From Lophium mytilinum (lineage: Eukaryota): a DNA stretch of 64,000 nt. The DNA is taken from the NCBI GenBank assembly GCA_010093605.1, contig MU004185.1, forward strand, positions 703,334 through 767,333, written 5' to 3'. Within the stretch, counting starts at the first letter, position 1, and each line of letters begins with the position of its first letter. The notes beneath the pieces were generated by a model. It made no database searches and was not told the origin of the DNA. It saw nothing but the letters and a program-made list of their open reading frames with translations. Shown one piece after another: positions 1 to 13,871 of this stretch. The translations under genes and the position numbers were made by a program.

Positions 1-1003
1 GCAGCACCCCCTTTCTTCATGCCTGCTGCTAGAGCGAGTGACTCCACGTCGGCACTGTTGGACGCGGCGTATGAGAGGTACGTGACGGCAAGCTCCTCGT
101 TCTTTGTGCAGCCCCAAGCATGTCTACACATCGTGTCAGTGAACTGTAACCAACTGAAAACGTTTGCCACTACAGCCATAGCAAGCTGTTTGAGCGTTGC
201 TTCGCTCGATCGAACTGACCTTAGGGCGAGCCCATAGAGGACCTGGCTCAGCGCGTTGTTTGCGCCATTGGGATCCGCCAATTTCCCAAACATCACAGTT
301 GACTGATCATATTCTGCAAGCACCGTTAGGTACGATCCCAAAGTTTGCGAGAAAACGCGTCGTTGCCTTACCACCAGCTTCATGCAACCTGATAGCCTCC
401 TGGATGTTCACCTAGCAAACCTATTAGCACATCTCCACCTCAATTAGACAGCCCCAAACTTACATCACCACCCGCATCACTAACGCTCACACTCCTACTC
501 CTCTTCCCCTGCGGTGGCCCTCTCCCTCCCTCCCCCAGCGCCGCCTCACTGCTGTGCCTACTGACCGAATTCCCCTTCGCCAGCAGCGTCGCGCGCTTCT
601 CCCAGTTCGCCTCGTCCTCCGCCGTCTTCGCCACCGTATTATCAATGGTCGGCAGGTCCTCCGGCACATTTACCGAGCTCGAGCTGCGCTCGCGCGAAAG
701 GTGCAGCCGCTCAGAGAGCCGGCGGTCGCCCTTCTTGCCCTCATCTAGACTCTGATTCTGCGCCGCGTTCGAGTGTCTGCGAAAGCGGCCGCTGAGCCGT
801 TTATGGTCCCGGTGGGCCTCTGGGGTTTGCTGGGGAGGCGCGTCGCCGGGGAAGATTGGGGGCGCAATCTCCTCTTGGGTGGTTGTGGTCGTGCGCATGA
901 AGGTGAACTCTGGTACGTTCGGGGACAGAGTGGGACTGGCGGCCGGCGCGGTGCCCTCATCCTTTATCTTGTCTTTCTTTTTTAAGAGATTTTTGAGCGA
1001 CAT
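1..1003 (-). CDS. Sel1-repeat protein (DSF2/Nif1-like); multi-exon, 3' end runs off the window
   Basis: ATG at 1003; GTAAGT donor near 463. Downstream exons translate to VNIQEAIRLHEAG...LADPNGANNALSQVLYGLALR/HGWGCTKNEELAVTYLSYAA, a Sel1-like repeat. Confidence 0.7.
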
Positions 1004-1670
1004 GTTCGATCGTGAGGACTAATTGGGGCGAGGGGCAGGGCGGCGCGTAAGAGCTGAAGGTAGGGAGAGCTGCGCGGGGGCTGTCGTACAGACTTGACAA
1101 TGCGATTGTACGCTACCTGATCCTAAGAGTAGTTCGATATCTTCGGAGACTTCGTGATGAGAGGCGTATGATCATTGAGAAGGATACGCGCAGGCGAAGC
1201 TTGTGGTTTAAAGGCACCGTTGACGTGCGGCCAAGAACGACCTGCAGTGCTCAGCCTCAAACTTCGGGTCAGACTTCTAAGGAGTCCGCTCCAGGTACCC
1301 GGTCACAAGTAGATGTGTGACCACTGTTCTTCACAGGCTACCGTAGCTCACTTATTATGCGAAGTGTCACGTAGTAACATGTTATCAAGGTATAATGATT
1401 CATTTCTATTTAGACCTAGTACTACAATCTTTCTGATGATCCTCGTAGAGGCCATCAACCATTTTGAAGGCCCAAAACCAGACTGTCATAATAATTCCAT
1501 GCTCTTGCAGAAACAGAGATCGCAAATAGATCTGATGATGCTGTAACCCTAGCAATGCCATAAAATGGGTATCAATGGCAAGCTCTACCATAATCCGAAC
1601 GCCGGCATAATGCTCATAGAGCTTCAGGACTCAAGGAGTCCTGGGAGCATACCCTAACTTACTGTTACTT

Positions 1671-3282
1671 TCAGATTCGCACGTAGTCCTGCTGCTGAGA
1701 AAGCCCGAGACCAATAATGTCGGAATCATCATCGATTCCCTCAGAGTCAAAGTCGTCGCTGTCCCCAAAGACCTCCTCATCGCTGGAAATGTCTTGGGAG
1801 TCATCATCGTCCGAGACCGGCAGGCTTCCCGCTGCAGCTGCCTTACTGCGGAGTTGGCTTGCACGATCGACATGGGGAAGACGACACTTCGCATTCCGGC
1901 ACATTCCCTTGTTAGCATAGTCAGGGCACTCAAACATATGACGGTCCGGGCAGTCGACGCCTTTGTCGCAGTATCCGAGGCGACCAAAAGCGCGGCAAAC
2001 TGGCGCAGTAGGGTTGATGCGAACGTGGGCATAGCGGCAGTTGGCGTTCGTGCAGTTGCCGCGGACGAAGTGAAGACATGCTGGAACGCGATGGGGGGTA
2101 GGAATGTGAGAAAGCTCACAGCCGTCGCCCAAAGCGCATTTGCCCTTCATCAAGAAATCCTTGCAAATCGCAAGCTTGTCAAAGTCATGTACGAACCGGC
2201 AGCTTGGACCTCTCGCACACGATCCTGTGGGTCGAAAGTTAGTGGTCCTCCAGAGTGGGAAAGAAAGATATGTATAGACGACGGCGAGCGATGGGGATGC
2301 AGGCAGGGGAGGAAAGGGGTTACCAGTTGGTGTGAAACGCGGGCAGAGCTCATCGACTTTTGGGGCTTCACGTCTCCTACAGAAAATTGTCAGCAGTTCT
2401 GATATGTTTTGGAGTAGCACACCATACTTTTTCCCTTTGACCAGGCCAGAACGATACATGTTTCCGTTCTTGCTCCGGACAAACATGACTCCAGCGATGG
2501 TGTGTCGCTTGGGCGTTATCTCAGTGGGGTCCCCTATATCAAGTTTTGTTATTCTTGCCAGGCCTTTGTAGGCGTGTTTCCACTCACGCGAGAGTCGCAG
2601 TAGTTTACTGCCCCCATCAACGACCTGGAATTGAGTAGCACCGATCGAGATGTTGTAGATGTCCGTAGACTTTCGTGTTGCACCGTGGGAGGAGTGGCGA
2701 GACGCGGTTGCAAAGTAATTGCTCAACTTGGCCTTTTCTCGAGCATCTTGGTCGCTCTGCTTTGACGCCGTGGTGTCTGCCATCGACCGGGCACGTTCTT
2801 TGCTAATCTGGTCGTACACCGAGGTATTGATCAGTTGCATGTGTCTGTCAGTCTTGGCGACCCAAGTGTTCGAATCCACTACGTCCATCTGGTGTGCCTC
2901 GCCGTTGGGAGGAGTGGCTGGGTTGCCGTTAAGGACGAGGGTGCGGTTCCGATGCGTTGAGTAGGGAAATTTAGCAACTCGTCCTCGGGGATAAGCGTAC
3001 GGATAACCACGCTGAGGGGCCCATGTTGGTGTGCCGCGTCCACGCCCGCGTCCTCGTCCATATCCTTCACCGCTAGTCAATATGGCGTCCTTCGGTGAGG
3101 CAGGTGAGTGTATAAAGTCCATACCGGGCGCAGGCCGGGGCGGACTCTGTGGCTGACCTTGCTTGTGAAGATTGATGCGACCTAGGGAGGAGTATATTAG
3201 GTCCGTATAGCAGAAGCGACAGAGTACACTATTCACCTGCAAGAGCCGCAATCTGGGCTTCTAGCTCAGCGGTATCCGTCAT
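1671..3282 (-). CDS. CCCH zinc-finger protein (ZC3H3/Red5-like)
   Basis: ATG 3282 (MTDTAELEAQIAALAGRIN). Predicted introns 3182-3236, 2534-2587, 2377-2427, 2225-2323. C-terminal tandem CCCH fingers, e.g. CKDFLMKGKCALGDGCELSH and CLHFVRGNCTNANCRYAH. Confidence 0.8.
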
Positions 3283-3877
3283 GATATCCTCGCTGTTTGC
3301 TCTGAATAAGGTAGTGGTGGTCTACGGTTATATGTTCTCGTATTGGGCGGGGGTGGGGTGGTTTGTAGAAAGACCGGTGTGGATAGTGGTAGAAACAAAG
3401 AGATAGGAAAGATGTAGGCAGGCGCCTCCAGCACTGGGCGCTTAAATACGGAGGGCGGACAACACCAGGCCTAGTGAATTCGCCCGGCAGGAACCGCACA
3501 GTCAGAGAAGAGATCTCAGAGGGTGACTGTGCAAGGAATACTGAAATCCAGTAATATGGCGTGGTCGGCAGTGTCGATGGCAAATGAAGCCGTCAAAGCC
3601 ACTCCAGAAGCTTCTAAGCAGGGTGAAGCCAAATATCTGCCAGAGATGGTGGTCGTATATTATTCGAGGGCACCTGGTGTTGTGCTACAATTCTAGAGGG
3701 GTGTATGGAGGATGAACGTGCAACTGTCGCAAGTTGGAGTTTGCTCCAGTGATTTGGGTTGAGTATTGGGCTGCTTACCTAAGTGGACGAGAACGCCAAG
3801 GCCGCTCAATCTTGAACATCCGAAAGCTCCTCACTCAAGCCGCCATCCTCGATACCTCTCCACTCTCATCCTCAGCA

Positions 3878-4788
3878 ATGGCTTCACGACTTGCAAGGAG
3901 CGCGGTTGGTCAGTATACACCTTCTCAGCCCATTGCAGCTGCCATTGGCCTCCTTGCTGACCCGTTATAGCCACCGCCCGCCTCCGCCCTTCCCTCCCCA
4001 TTCGCGCCATCCCGTCCATCACCGCGCAGCTCACCTCTGCCCGCTATGCATCCAACGTGCCCGTCGAGGACCCAAAGAAGAAGGCGCAGTCAATCTTAGA
4101 CTCGCTCCCGGGAAACAGCCTGATCTCCAAGGCCGCCATCCTCTCTGCCGGTGCCGGTGTCTCGATTGCTGCCATCAGCAACGAGATCTACGTCGTCAAC
4201 GAGGAGTCCATCGTCATGCTGAGCTTGTTGACCATTTTCTGGGCTGTCGGTCATTACGGAGGGCCTATGTACAAGGAGTGGGCTGAGGGCCAAACCGCCA
4301 AGATCAAGGGCATTTTGAACGCCGCGCGGGAGGACCATACTTCGGCTGTCAAGGCGCGAATTGAGAGTGTTCAGGACCTTGGGGGTGTCATTGACATCAC
4401 CAAGACTCTGTTCGAGGTTTCCAAGGTACGCATGTCAAGTACCCGGGCAAACCAGATTCATCCGTCGGGCCGATGATGCTAATGGAGTGGCAGGAAACCG
4501 CTCAACTCGAGGCTAAGGCATACGAGCTGGAGCAGAAGACCGCTCTTGCCGCCGAGGCCAAGACTGTCTTGGATTCCTGGGTGAGGTATGAGGGTCAGGT
4601 CAAGCAGAGGCAGCAGAAGGAGCTTGCCGAGGCTATCATTGCCAAGATCGAGAAGGAGCTTGAGAACCCCAATACTCTCAAGCAGATCCTTAACCAGAGC
4701 GTTGCTGATATTGAGAGTACGTACAGACATCCTCTTCCCTGAATCTACACACTAACAGAAACTAGGGATCGTGGCTACCAAGGCATAA
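3878..4788 (+). CDS. ATP4: Mitochondrial ATP synthase subunit b (subunit 4)
   Basis: MASRLARSAVG presequence, then KAQSILDSLPGNSLISK, SNEIYVVNEE and VLDSWVRYEGQVKQRQQKEL; three introns; TAA at 4786-4788. Confidence 0.95.
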
Positions 4789-5066
4789 TCGCCATCAAAA
4801 CATCTCCTTTTTCAATTCAGCTCACTGTTAAATAAACCTGTGCCATAGCTATCCCCTTTCAATAGATTCCCGCCACAATTTTGAAAATCACGTTGACGTT
4901 CACATTTCGCGTCTCGGGTCAATTTCCCAGCAGTGTCATCTCACATCTAATAATACAGTCTTATTTACGAATACTTAACGAGTTTGATGAAAGTTCGATT
5001 CTGTCTCGCGGGTAGAGGTAAAGGGATGAAGGGAACGAAGAAAGAAGCTAGACGATAACAGCCAGC

Positions 5067-6504
5067 TCAGTCAGATGGGGACATCCCATTGCGATACAGC
5101 CATAGCCGACTGATGTCCTTGACCCTTGCCGGGTGCAACATACGACCAGGATCGAATTGTGACTCCGAAGACGCGATCTTGATAGGCAAAATAGGACTGT
5201 TGACGTCCTCCACAACCGCCACGGCCTCATCACTACCAGCACGGACAGTCGACTCTGCCCCTTCCCTTGCTGTCGACATTCCAGCTCCCACGATCTCTAC
5301 CTCCGAGTTCATGAAATCGCTATCCTCCAGAACACGCGAATCTGGTCCTAAGGGGAACATCGCGCTAAGGTAGTGCTGGTTGAGCAAGTGCCCGGAACCG
5401 TTACGCGTGAGCACATGGCCCATGTACCTGTTTCTCATGTTACGGAAGCTCAGGACGCCCCAACAGGCTACGAAGTCGCCGCTGTTGGCATAATGCTCGA
5501 TGTGGCGCACGGCTTTGTCTCCTGGGTTGGAACCTTTGCGTAGTTCGGCATTGTGCATGGACGAATAGCTCCGGTGCGGATTGTTGAAATGGTTGGATGC
5601 GTTGCCGAAGGTGTATATTTCGAGTTGTTGGAGGATGTCTTGTGGGACTAGGAGACTGTCAGTTATGGTGTTCTACACTGATCCCTCGTCAATGTTAGAA
5701 TATGGAAAGTAAGTTCACCGTTACATACCTTCTGCGAGCAGCCAGTCCAGAATCATTGCTCCTTCGATTCCACCTTGACTATGAAGGATAAGAACGACTT
5801 TCTTAAATCTTGCATCTAGCAATTTCTCCTTGATCAGAGCATACGAGCGCCGGATATCGTCTGTCGAGTAGCAAAAGTCCCTTTCGATGACGCACTGGAT
5901 CAAGTCGAAAAGAATGCCATATGTACGGTTGAGGACCCCAATTATCGGCCGACGAAAGGTTAAAGCAAGACGATCCACATTGCTTTGCAGCCAAAGGTGT
6001 CTGACGTTCCTTTTCTCAGTATCCATTCGTCATCCTAGGATTGAGCTTGTGGAGTACATACCCAGTGGCAACGCCATTCAGAAAGATCCAACACTCATCT
6101 TCATGTCGAGCGTCGGGACCGATGTTGACGTTGGACTTTACCGAGGTCGAGGTGCCATTCAGAATCCAGCTGATACTATGGACCAAGAGGAGAACAGTAG
6201 AAACGTAGAGTATAAATGATCCTACGGGGAACACCACAAACAGTGGTAAGGAAATCATGTAGACGGATTCTAGAACGAGAAGAAGGAACTGCAACACCAG
6301 GCAAATGAGGTTGGAAGGGGATTGGGGAGACATTTCGTCCGATTTGCTACTCGACCATGGCAGGAATACACCGGGGATAGAACGGAAGTTCTTGAAGAAA
6401 AGCGAGACATCGTAAACACAAAGACGAACTGGGCCTCCTGTGACTGGGGGTGGGGTCTCGTCGTCGGATCCCCCGATCTGGGATGGGAGCAAGGTAACTG
6501 CCAT
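5067..6504 (-). CDS. Conserved fungal membrane-anchored alpha/beta-hydrolase-like protein
   Basis: Exons encode TM segments, WIFLNGVATG, LILHSQGG (nucleophile-elbow-like), IYTFGNASNHF and HIEHYANSGDFVACWGVL. Confidence 0.65.
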
Positions 6505-7557
6505 GGTTTCTGGGGTACCCCGAAGCAGATGTGGTGGAGTAGTTTCGGATGTCTCACACTGCGAACACGTCGAATAGCTCAGTGCTATATATCTGCGCTG
6601 CCGTTAGATAAGGCGTGGTAGGAGCTGAGATGGTTGCGAGTGGCCTTTATTGACCGTTTGCGGCTGTAAGACTAGCTGCCTTGTGATGGAAGGCAAGGTC
6701 GCGGTATAGGCGTAGGATAGGGGTTCTTGATGGTCAGCAGGAAGGGAATCTGTCCCTGAAGTCAACGAGTCCGTGTAGCAGGCAACAAAGCAATGCTCCT
6801 GCTCTAAATGTTACGGATAGTTCCTACTCATACATCGAATCCGCGATCGAGTTCTTCGCTGATGAGTCTGCAGGACATAGCTCTAGGATACACAGAACCT
6901 GCTAACAAGCTATATGTACTTGCGTATTGCAGAGGTATTTGCTTCAGCCATTTTATGACACCACCAAGACAACCACACTTCTTGGTGGTTAGTGCTTTCA
7001 TCGAAGTCAGGCATCTTGGCAACATGATCTTCTACTTGCAAAAAACAGTCACTTGTCGAAATTGAAGGCTTGCTGAAATTGTATGGAGGGTAAGAGATGT
7101 TCTCTGGAAGAGCCAAGAGTGAGTCTGATGATGACTTTGAATTGATGTGGAGGGAAGCGCTAGCCGATCTGGATGTGTCACCTGAGGAGATTGTGTGACT
7201 TCAACCCGAACGAGCCATTCAGGTGACAGTATCTAGCCTCGAAAAGAAATGAAAGTACGGTTATGGTTGTCATTGGTTGTTTTGGTAAAGGTATCCAGCT
7301 GCGGTGTGACCTTTGGGATAATGCAATTAATTGGCCTGACAGGTGGAGGCGGAGCTGTTACACTGCATTGATGTCAGCTGTACGAACGTCACCAGCTTCT
7401 CATTGACTACTCAAAGGTATCCCAAACTACAAATTTTAGAGCTTTGAGTTCCCTGTAAGTTTACCATCATACTCCAAGTCGCTGAAACGAGCACTGCAGT
7501 CTCGCCTCTTGAAAGCCTCCTTTAGATCAATGCAGTAACTCCCACGCGCTCTCGCCC

Positions 7558-9314
7558 TTACAATCTTGGTTTCGTCCCTGATTCCAATAAATACTCCATT
7601 TTTTTCTTCCAAGTTCTTGCTGCGCTCTCATCAATGGCGTTTCCATCATAAGAAGCAGCAAAACACACTCCATTAGCATCCGTCAAACTCCCGATGAGAA
7701 ACTCGTTGTCCCTCGCTCTCACGCCCACTCTCACGTCTCTAAAGTCTGCTGCAAATTCTTTCCCGCTCTCAGATCCTCCAACGGTGTAGACGCCGGGCTT
7801 GAGCAAATGCGCGATAGGACCGACTGAGCTGACGCCACAGGTAGCTCCGAATAGCTTGATGTTGGCGGGATACCCCCCCTGCGGGTCTGCCATGCCTGTT
7901 TTACGGTGTAGAGGAAGCTTCTCTTCTTGCCGTTCAAGTGTCATCAAATAATTTTCTGCTATCAGCCGTGCTGGGCTGTATGGGGAAACTACTTCTGATT
8001 TGCGGAGGCGTTTTTGATAGATGCTTAATTGCCGGTGAGCCTGGCGTACCGCAAATTTGAACCGCCTTTCTACATCTAGATCCGAAGATAAGAACGGAAG
8101 CACGAGCCCGCCACTAAATGCAAGCATGCAAGAGTCGGAGGGCACTGTGTAGTTGAAGAAGGCCCTTGGACTGAGAGGAAACGACGCCACGAAAGGACGC
8201 CGCTCGGTCAGGGGAATGTCAGGATTGCGCGACTCTTCAATTTCCATCATAGCGAGGGCTACCAGGGCAAAGCATCCAGCTCCTATACTGGCCTTGGTCT
8301 CACGGACTAGCTGGATGAACCGCTTCGATGCTCCTGGGCTTAGGTTTGCGAGGCACTGGAACGAGTTGAGTGGTGGTATACGCTCTGGTGAGTAGTCGAA
8401 GACCTTATCAAACACTTTGGGTAGTGCTGCTGCCGCAGTACGCGCTTCAGAACGGCGCAGAGGGTTAACAAATGTTGGAGGCAAGGTGCGCTTGACGTGT
8501 CGTAGAATTCGCATTATAGCCCAAAACCATCGCTGCCTAGCCAGGCTGCCAGCAACAGGAGGGTACAAATCTTCTTGAGATGGAGGCAGACGCGAAGAAA
8601 TATTTTCGGACGATTGGAAGAAACCGAGATCCCTCTCTAGATCGCCCATAGGTGCGTTGAGAATTCGGATCAAGTGGGACATCCAATGGTACATGGAGAC
8701 TCCATCTGTGATTTCGTGGGCAGCTACTAACATTAATCGAAGACTAAAATTGCCGTTGGATAGAGGCTTGAGTGGAAGACAGTAGAGTTTAGACAGCGAG
8801 GTATCCGGATCAATCAGTCGTCCCGTATTCAGGCTATGTCGAACGAACTCATCATCTTCAACTTTCTGATAAGCGTCATCAACAAACACCAGTGCTTTCG
8901 AAGTCTCGTCGAGTACATCTTGAGTCTTCTTGGGAATGTTTACAGCGAAGTCCCTTTGTTCGGTCCCTGTGGTTCTAAGCACCCGCGCCATGAGAAGCAC
9001 ATGCTGGAGGCGCAACGAAGCATAGGCATACAGAAGCCGTTTCCGGAACTCTTTGACATCCAAGTCATTCCGAACTTCAAGGGTCAAGAGAGCATTGACC
9101 TAGTCGGTGCTGTAAGTACAAGGAACAAACAGGAAGTGGACTAAGAACTGACGTCGGCTCTTCCTTCATAGTCAGAGCCATCGGTGTCGAATGATGATTC
9201 AACCAGCCCAATTCGCCGTTTGAAGATAGGCTGACCATCCAAGACAGATGTTTCCCATGCATAATAATTGCAAGCGTACTTGGTAAGCCAGTGGGTTGTG
9301 TCTGTCTTCTCCAT
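7558..9314 (-). CDS. CoA-dependent acyltransferase / alcohol acetyltransferase-like protein
   Basis: ATG 9314 (MEKTDTTHWL...), one intron near 9100-9152, a long second exon and an HxxxDG motif (AHEITDG). Confidence 0.65.
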
Positions 9315-9879
9315 GACGAATAGATATCACAGGCGTTTGTAATGAATGTGCAGAATGACGGTAACACAGATATAAAGCTTCAGGAGCACCTAGTTATTGT
9401 CGCAGCCGCGACTGAGCATCTCCGGAAGATATGAATATGTAGTCATTACTGTCTTGAAATTATATTTTGCGGCGATCTAACAGTGTGGCGAATTGATGTG
9501 GGCGCCAGGGCGCAGACGCCTCTTCCCTTTACCCGAAGAGGCAGGTTGAGAGTCCACTTTGAGCGATGCTTTCGTACAGACATGATTGTTCTTCGGATCC
9601 TGCTATAAAGCAAGGTTTCACCAGTAACGATAGATAGTGTTCCCCTCCTCGTTGCAGAGCTTCAGTCCGGCTTGAAATTCTTGCTGGGCTAGCTGGGCTG
9701 ATCGCTGTAGCCACAACCTGTCAAATTGGAGTTTTAAGTTTGTGGACTTAATTACTGCTTCTAAAATTGCAGGATCTATTGGGTGCAATCCTAAGAATTA
9801 GGGAGAATCTTGTATTTTAGAATCCCATGCAAGCCTTGGGTTCAAGATAGTCATTTGAGACACATCTCAGAACAGAGAA

Positions 9880-11726
9880 CTACTCTTCGCCCTCATCCTC
9901 CTGAATCGTCTCTCGCTCCTCCAAATCCTCTTCGAACGTGTTCTCCGGTACCGAGTACAGTCGCAACACCGACTTGTTAGGGTCCTTAACTAACACATAC
10001 TTGCCTTCATCCATCTTCAGGCACATGTCGGCAATTGTGCGGACAATACCCCAGCCGTTGTTAAGGTTTAATGCCATCTGGTTAATGAAGTCCCGCGGCT
10101 TGCTCGTGAGCACACCGAGAACAACGTGGTCGTTGTTGTTTTTGGGATTTGTTCGGGAAACAAAACTAAAAGGGCAGTTAGAAAATCTGATCGTTATGAC
10201 AGGACTGCTCGTGAAAGGAAAACTTACCCAAGCTTCATGGTATCTGCCTTGGCGAGGATGCTCTGTACGGCCCATCGTGCCAACTTACAGCTGTTGTTCT
10301 TCATCTCAGTAGCAAGAACGGCACCTCGTTGACTAGCCAACTTGGTACGCCAATCAAGAGCGCCTCCACTACCTTGAGCCTTGTTGTCGAATTCGTTTAG
10401 AGCCTTGATAGTCAAGAACTGATCTTCGCCGTTGATGTTGTTCTTCACAACCGCGTCGAGCTCAGTCCGTATCACCAGATAGAGTGGTTCCTCGTCCTTC
10501 TCGAGCGATAGGTCAAACCTCCGGTATCTGTAGGCTTTCGAGGCGGGTGGATCTGACTCAACCTCTTCGTTGTAGAAAGGATGGTCATGCGCCATGCTGA
10601 GCTTGGAGCTCTCGGATTCGAGGACCACCTGGAGGGGGAATACGTTATTGATGTGGGTAGCCTCCATCATCAACGCGCCAGGACTGTTGATAGAGTCTTT
10701 GTTGCCCTCTGATATTTCTAGAGGAGCATCGGTGGCATTCTCGTTGACCGTGACCATATCCAGGCTAGCATTGTCCCTCTTGTCGATGAACACTTTGTTG
10801 CCCCTCCGTGTGAAGACCAGATCCCACGAATAAACGGACTTGGTGGCGCACATGAGCATAGACAAGATGTTGTCTGTCGCGAAAATGGTACCCTCGTCCT
10901 TTTCGGCCAGCTCTTGGATGATAGGATCGCTTGATGTGGTAACATTGTATGCCGCTCGTTCGAGAACATTGAGTCTCCTCTCGGACGTCTTCGCACCTGG
11001 CTGCTTGTCGTAGGCGCGGTCGTAATGGTAGAGGAAGCCGTAGCTGTCGAGGTCTTCTGCTTCGCCGGTATCGAGGTTGAGTTTGGTGAGTCGTGCAAAG
11101 TCGATCTCCTCGATAACGGTCCAGTCGGGCTTGACAGCCACCGAAGCGTCCCGGTTGCGCTGCGGTTTGTCGTCTCTCCAGCCAAACCGACGACCTCCCC
11201 GGCCACCGCGTCCACCACGATTGTCGTATCCTTGGCCTCCACGCCCGCCACCAACGCGCTGGAAAGTACCTCTACCACCCCGTTGTTGCTGTCCACCCCG
11301 CTGGCCACGACCACGGAACACAGTTCCACCTCCTCTCCCAAAGCCTCGGCCCCTAGCTGAGGTCTTGCTGTTGTCTACTACGGAGAAAGTAGCCTCCTCC
11401 TCGGCGGCTGCGATGGCGAAAGGGTTATTCTGAGGGTTTGCGCCGTACACTTGCTGATCTGCACACCAGAATTAGTTAGCATCCGCTTTTTGGACGCTTT
11501 TTGTCGAAAGCAACGCACCCCTGTAGTTCCGGTTGCCGTATTGCTGCCGTCCTCCTCGTTCTCTGTCTTTGCCCTCAGTCCAGTCGGCCATGCGGCCGAG
11601 TTTGTCTGCCTTGGAGTATGGCGCGTAAGGAACGCCGTCGAGCATGGTCTCGCTCGCAACTGGTGGGCCCCAGCCATCGGTGGTGGGCAATGCGGACACC
11701 AGGTCCAGAAGAGACGCGGGAGCCAT
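9880..11726 (-). CDS. eIF3d: Eukaryotic translation initiation factor 3 subunit D
   Basis: [23 protein letters not shown]-rich segment, [41 protein letters not shown]; two introns. Confidence 0.95.
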
Positions 11727-12030
11727 AGTGGAGGTGGTTGGTGTTGAGAAAGGGTGCCGGCGCGAGACGATTTTATCGCCTTTCATTTTGTCGAAGTGCG
11801 GCGGCGGAAACGGCCACGTGACTCGAGATGTCGGGACTGCCCCGCACGGGAGCTCTTCTTGCCTCCCAAACTTCTTCACTACGTTCTTGACAATTGGGAG
11901 TGCATCGCAATCTCTTTGTCTACTCCTCACATTGGCGCCTATTCTACTTTTGCTTTGTGTTCAGTCCTGCCAGTCAGTCAACTACAGATTATGGCTTCTT
12001 CCGGATCATCTCCTTTGTCTGGCGTCAAAG

Positions 12031-13470
12031 ATGATCAAAACCGTCGAGATATTAGCTCACATTTCAGCTCCAACAACTCGGAAGCAAGATGACCAATACC
12101 GGGCTGAGGCTCTCGCGTATCTCGCGTTTGAGCCTCACAACCCAACAAAAGAGCTAGGCAGTGAATCTGAAGCACGTTCTTTGGGAATTGTCAAGTCAGG
12201 TGAAATCTCTCTGGAGTGTCAATTAGATACCGAGGAACAGACGTACCACACCCCACCGTCTCGGCCTACTGGAAGCTCTGAGAAGAAAAAGACGCTACCT
12301 GAGCGATATCTTACCGAATCTTATGGTAGCTTTTCCACCGGGATCCTCTCATTCGAAGGCTGCGGCCAGCCTTTATACGAGAATAATCACTCCCGAATTG
12401 GCATGGAAGGCTCTATCACCGACCCAGCCATGAGTCTCAAAGCTGTCGGCACATTGAACCCAAGAGAGGGTAATGTGGATTGGACTCTCCACAGCACTCG
12501 GACAGCCTTTTCGGCTTTCGAAACTCAACTCATTGCCCCATACTCGTCATCCGAACCTGGGGATCTCAATCCTTTGATATCGAAAAGCCCGGACAGCCCT
12601 CCTGCTTTATGTCGACGTGGCTCACCATCACCAGAACGCAATCAACGAGATATAGAACGCCATGGACCTGGCAGTACATCGGCCGATATCAATCACGTGG
12701 GTACAGATGGCACGAAGCAGGTCAACTTTCGAACATCGATCGGTGAGGACGAAGTCTTACGCTATGTGTCCATCTCCGCTTCAGAGGACAGCTCGAGCCC
12801 AGTGCGAGAGATCCAAATCAGCATCGGCATGGGCGTGAGTCGGTCACGTCCAAGAGAGGCTCCAAGCCCTAAACCGAAACCACAAGATGTGCCAAGCGTA
12901 AGGAGTCCGGCTTTAATTCGTCGGTCTATCGAGGATTACTCGAACCGCGGGATACACAGCTTGGATATAAGCACGTCGAACGAGACCTATACATTCAGGT
13001 CCTTACCCTTCGAAATCTTTCCTCCGTCTGCAGAAGTGTCTACAACGAAGCCCGCCACCTGGCCGTCTCAGAGCACCCCACTATTGGATAGTATGAAGTC
13101 TAACGAAGGAAATATTGGACGATACAAACCCAAGAAGACTATTAGGCGCCTTGAAATGGATGAGCGAGGATTCTGGAGAATTGAGACTGCTAGCTGGCCA
13201 CGACAGATTCAATATCGATTCTGGTCGAGTTTGGCGAAATGCATCCAAAAGGGCGATTTCGGTTGGGGTGTAACAATGCATCGAGAGGCTCCGGCATTGG
13301 AAGACGGATCGTTAGAAGACGATGAGCTTGGAATGGTGCGCTTGTATTGCTGGGGAGAGCTGGTAGAGCATACATATTTATTTCTCTGGCTGTACAGTGG
13401 AGGAAGAGCAGCCAAAGCTAACTTACAGTGGATCGACGCTGATAACCTTGTGGTTGTTCAGATGCCCTGA
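12031..13470 (+). CDS. Hypothetical fungal protein
   Basis: Long ORF with likely ATG at 12031 (MIKTVEILAHISAP). Low-complexity middle; globular-looking C-terminus (ERGFWRI, GWGV, RLYCWGE). Confidence 0.7.
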   Translation: MIKTVEILAHISAPTTRKQDDQYRAEALAYLAFEPHNPTKELGSESEARSLGIVKSGEISLECQLDTEEQTYHTPPSRPTGSSEKKKTLPERYLTESYGSFSTGILSFEGCGQPLYENNHSRIGMEGSITDPAMSLKAVGTLNPREGNVDWTLHSTRTAFSAFETQLIAPYSSSEPGDLNPLISKSPDSPPALCRRGSPSPERNQRDIERHGPGSTSADINHVGTDGTKQVNFRTSIGEDEVLRYVSISASEDSSSPVREIQISIGMGVSRSRPREAPSPKPKPQDVPSVRSPALIRRSIEDYSNRGIHSLDISTSNETYTFRSLPFEIFPPSAEVSTTKPATWPSQSTPLLDSMKSNEGNIGRYKPKKTIRRLEMDERGFWRIETASWPRQIQYRFWSSLAKCIQKGDFGWGVTMHREAPALEDGSLEDDELGMVRLYCWGELVEHTYLFLWLYSGGRAAKANLQWIDADNLVVVQMP

Positions 13471-13871
13471 CAATCTTACTATGGTCAACACATACTTCTT
13501 TCAATGTAGTCTTATAAGTCGATCTAGACCTTGTCAGTTAGATTAACTACCAAGTTCGACAGCATCTTTGATCACTCCTTAAATATGTGCAATTCACCTG
13601 CTTGAGGGACTGACACAACCATTACACCATTGAAGTAGTAAATCGGCCTACTTCATTCACGGCTAAAATTGTTGTCAAAGCACGCTAGCCACATAAATAA
13701 ATATATTGAACCCCTTGCAGAGCTCGGTCTAGTTCCACTAGTTTCAGCCCTGCCACCACTCCCACCACCCCCTGCCGCTCGTTCCCAAAGATAGGTTCGC
13801 GGTAGCTGAAGGAACACCTACCAACTTCCCCTCCAGTAAAGTTATGATCGCCTTGCTGGCCTGATCTCCAT

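Noticed and set aside
11644..12030. N-terminal 129 aa of the 608-aa ORF
   Set aside because: It overlaps the eIF3d start antisense and its promoter; ATG 12031 is the more plausible start.
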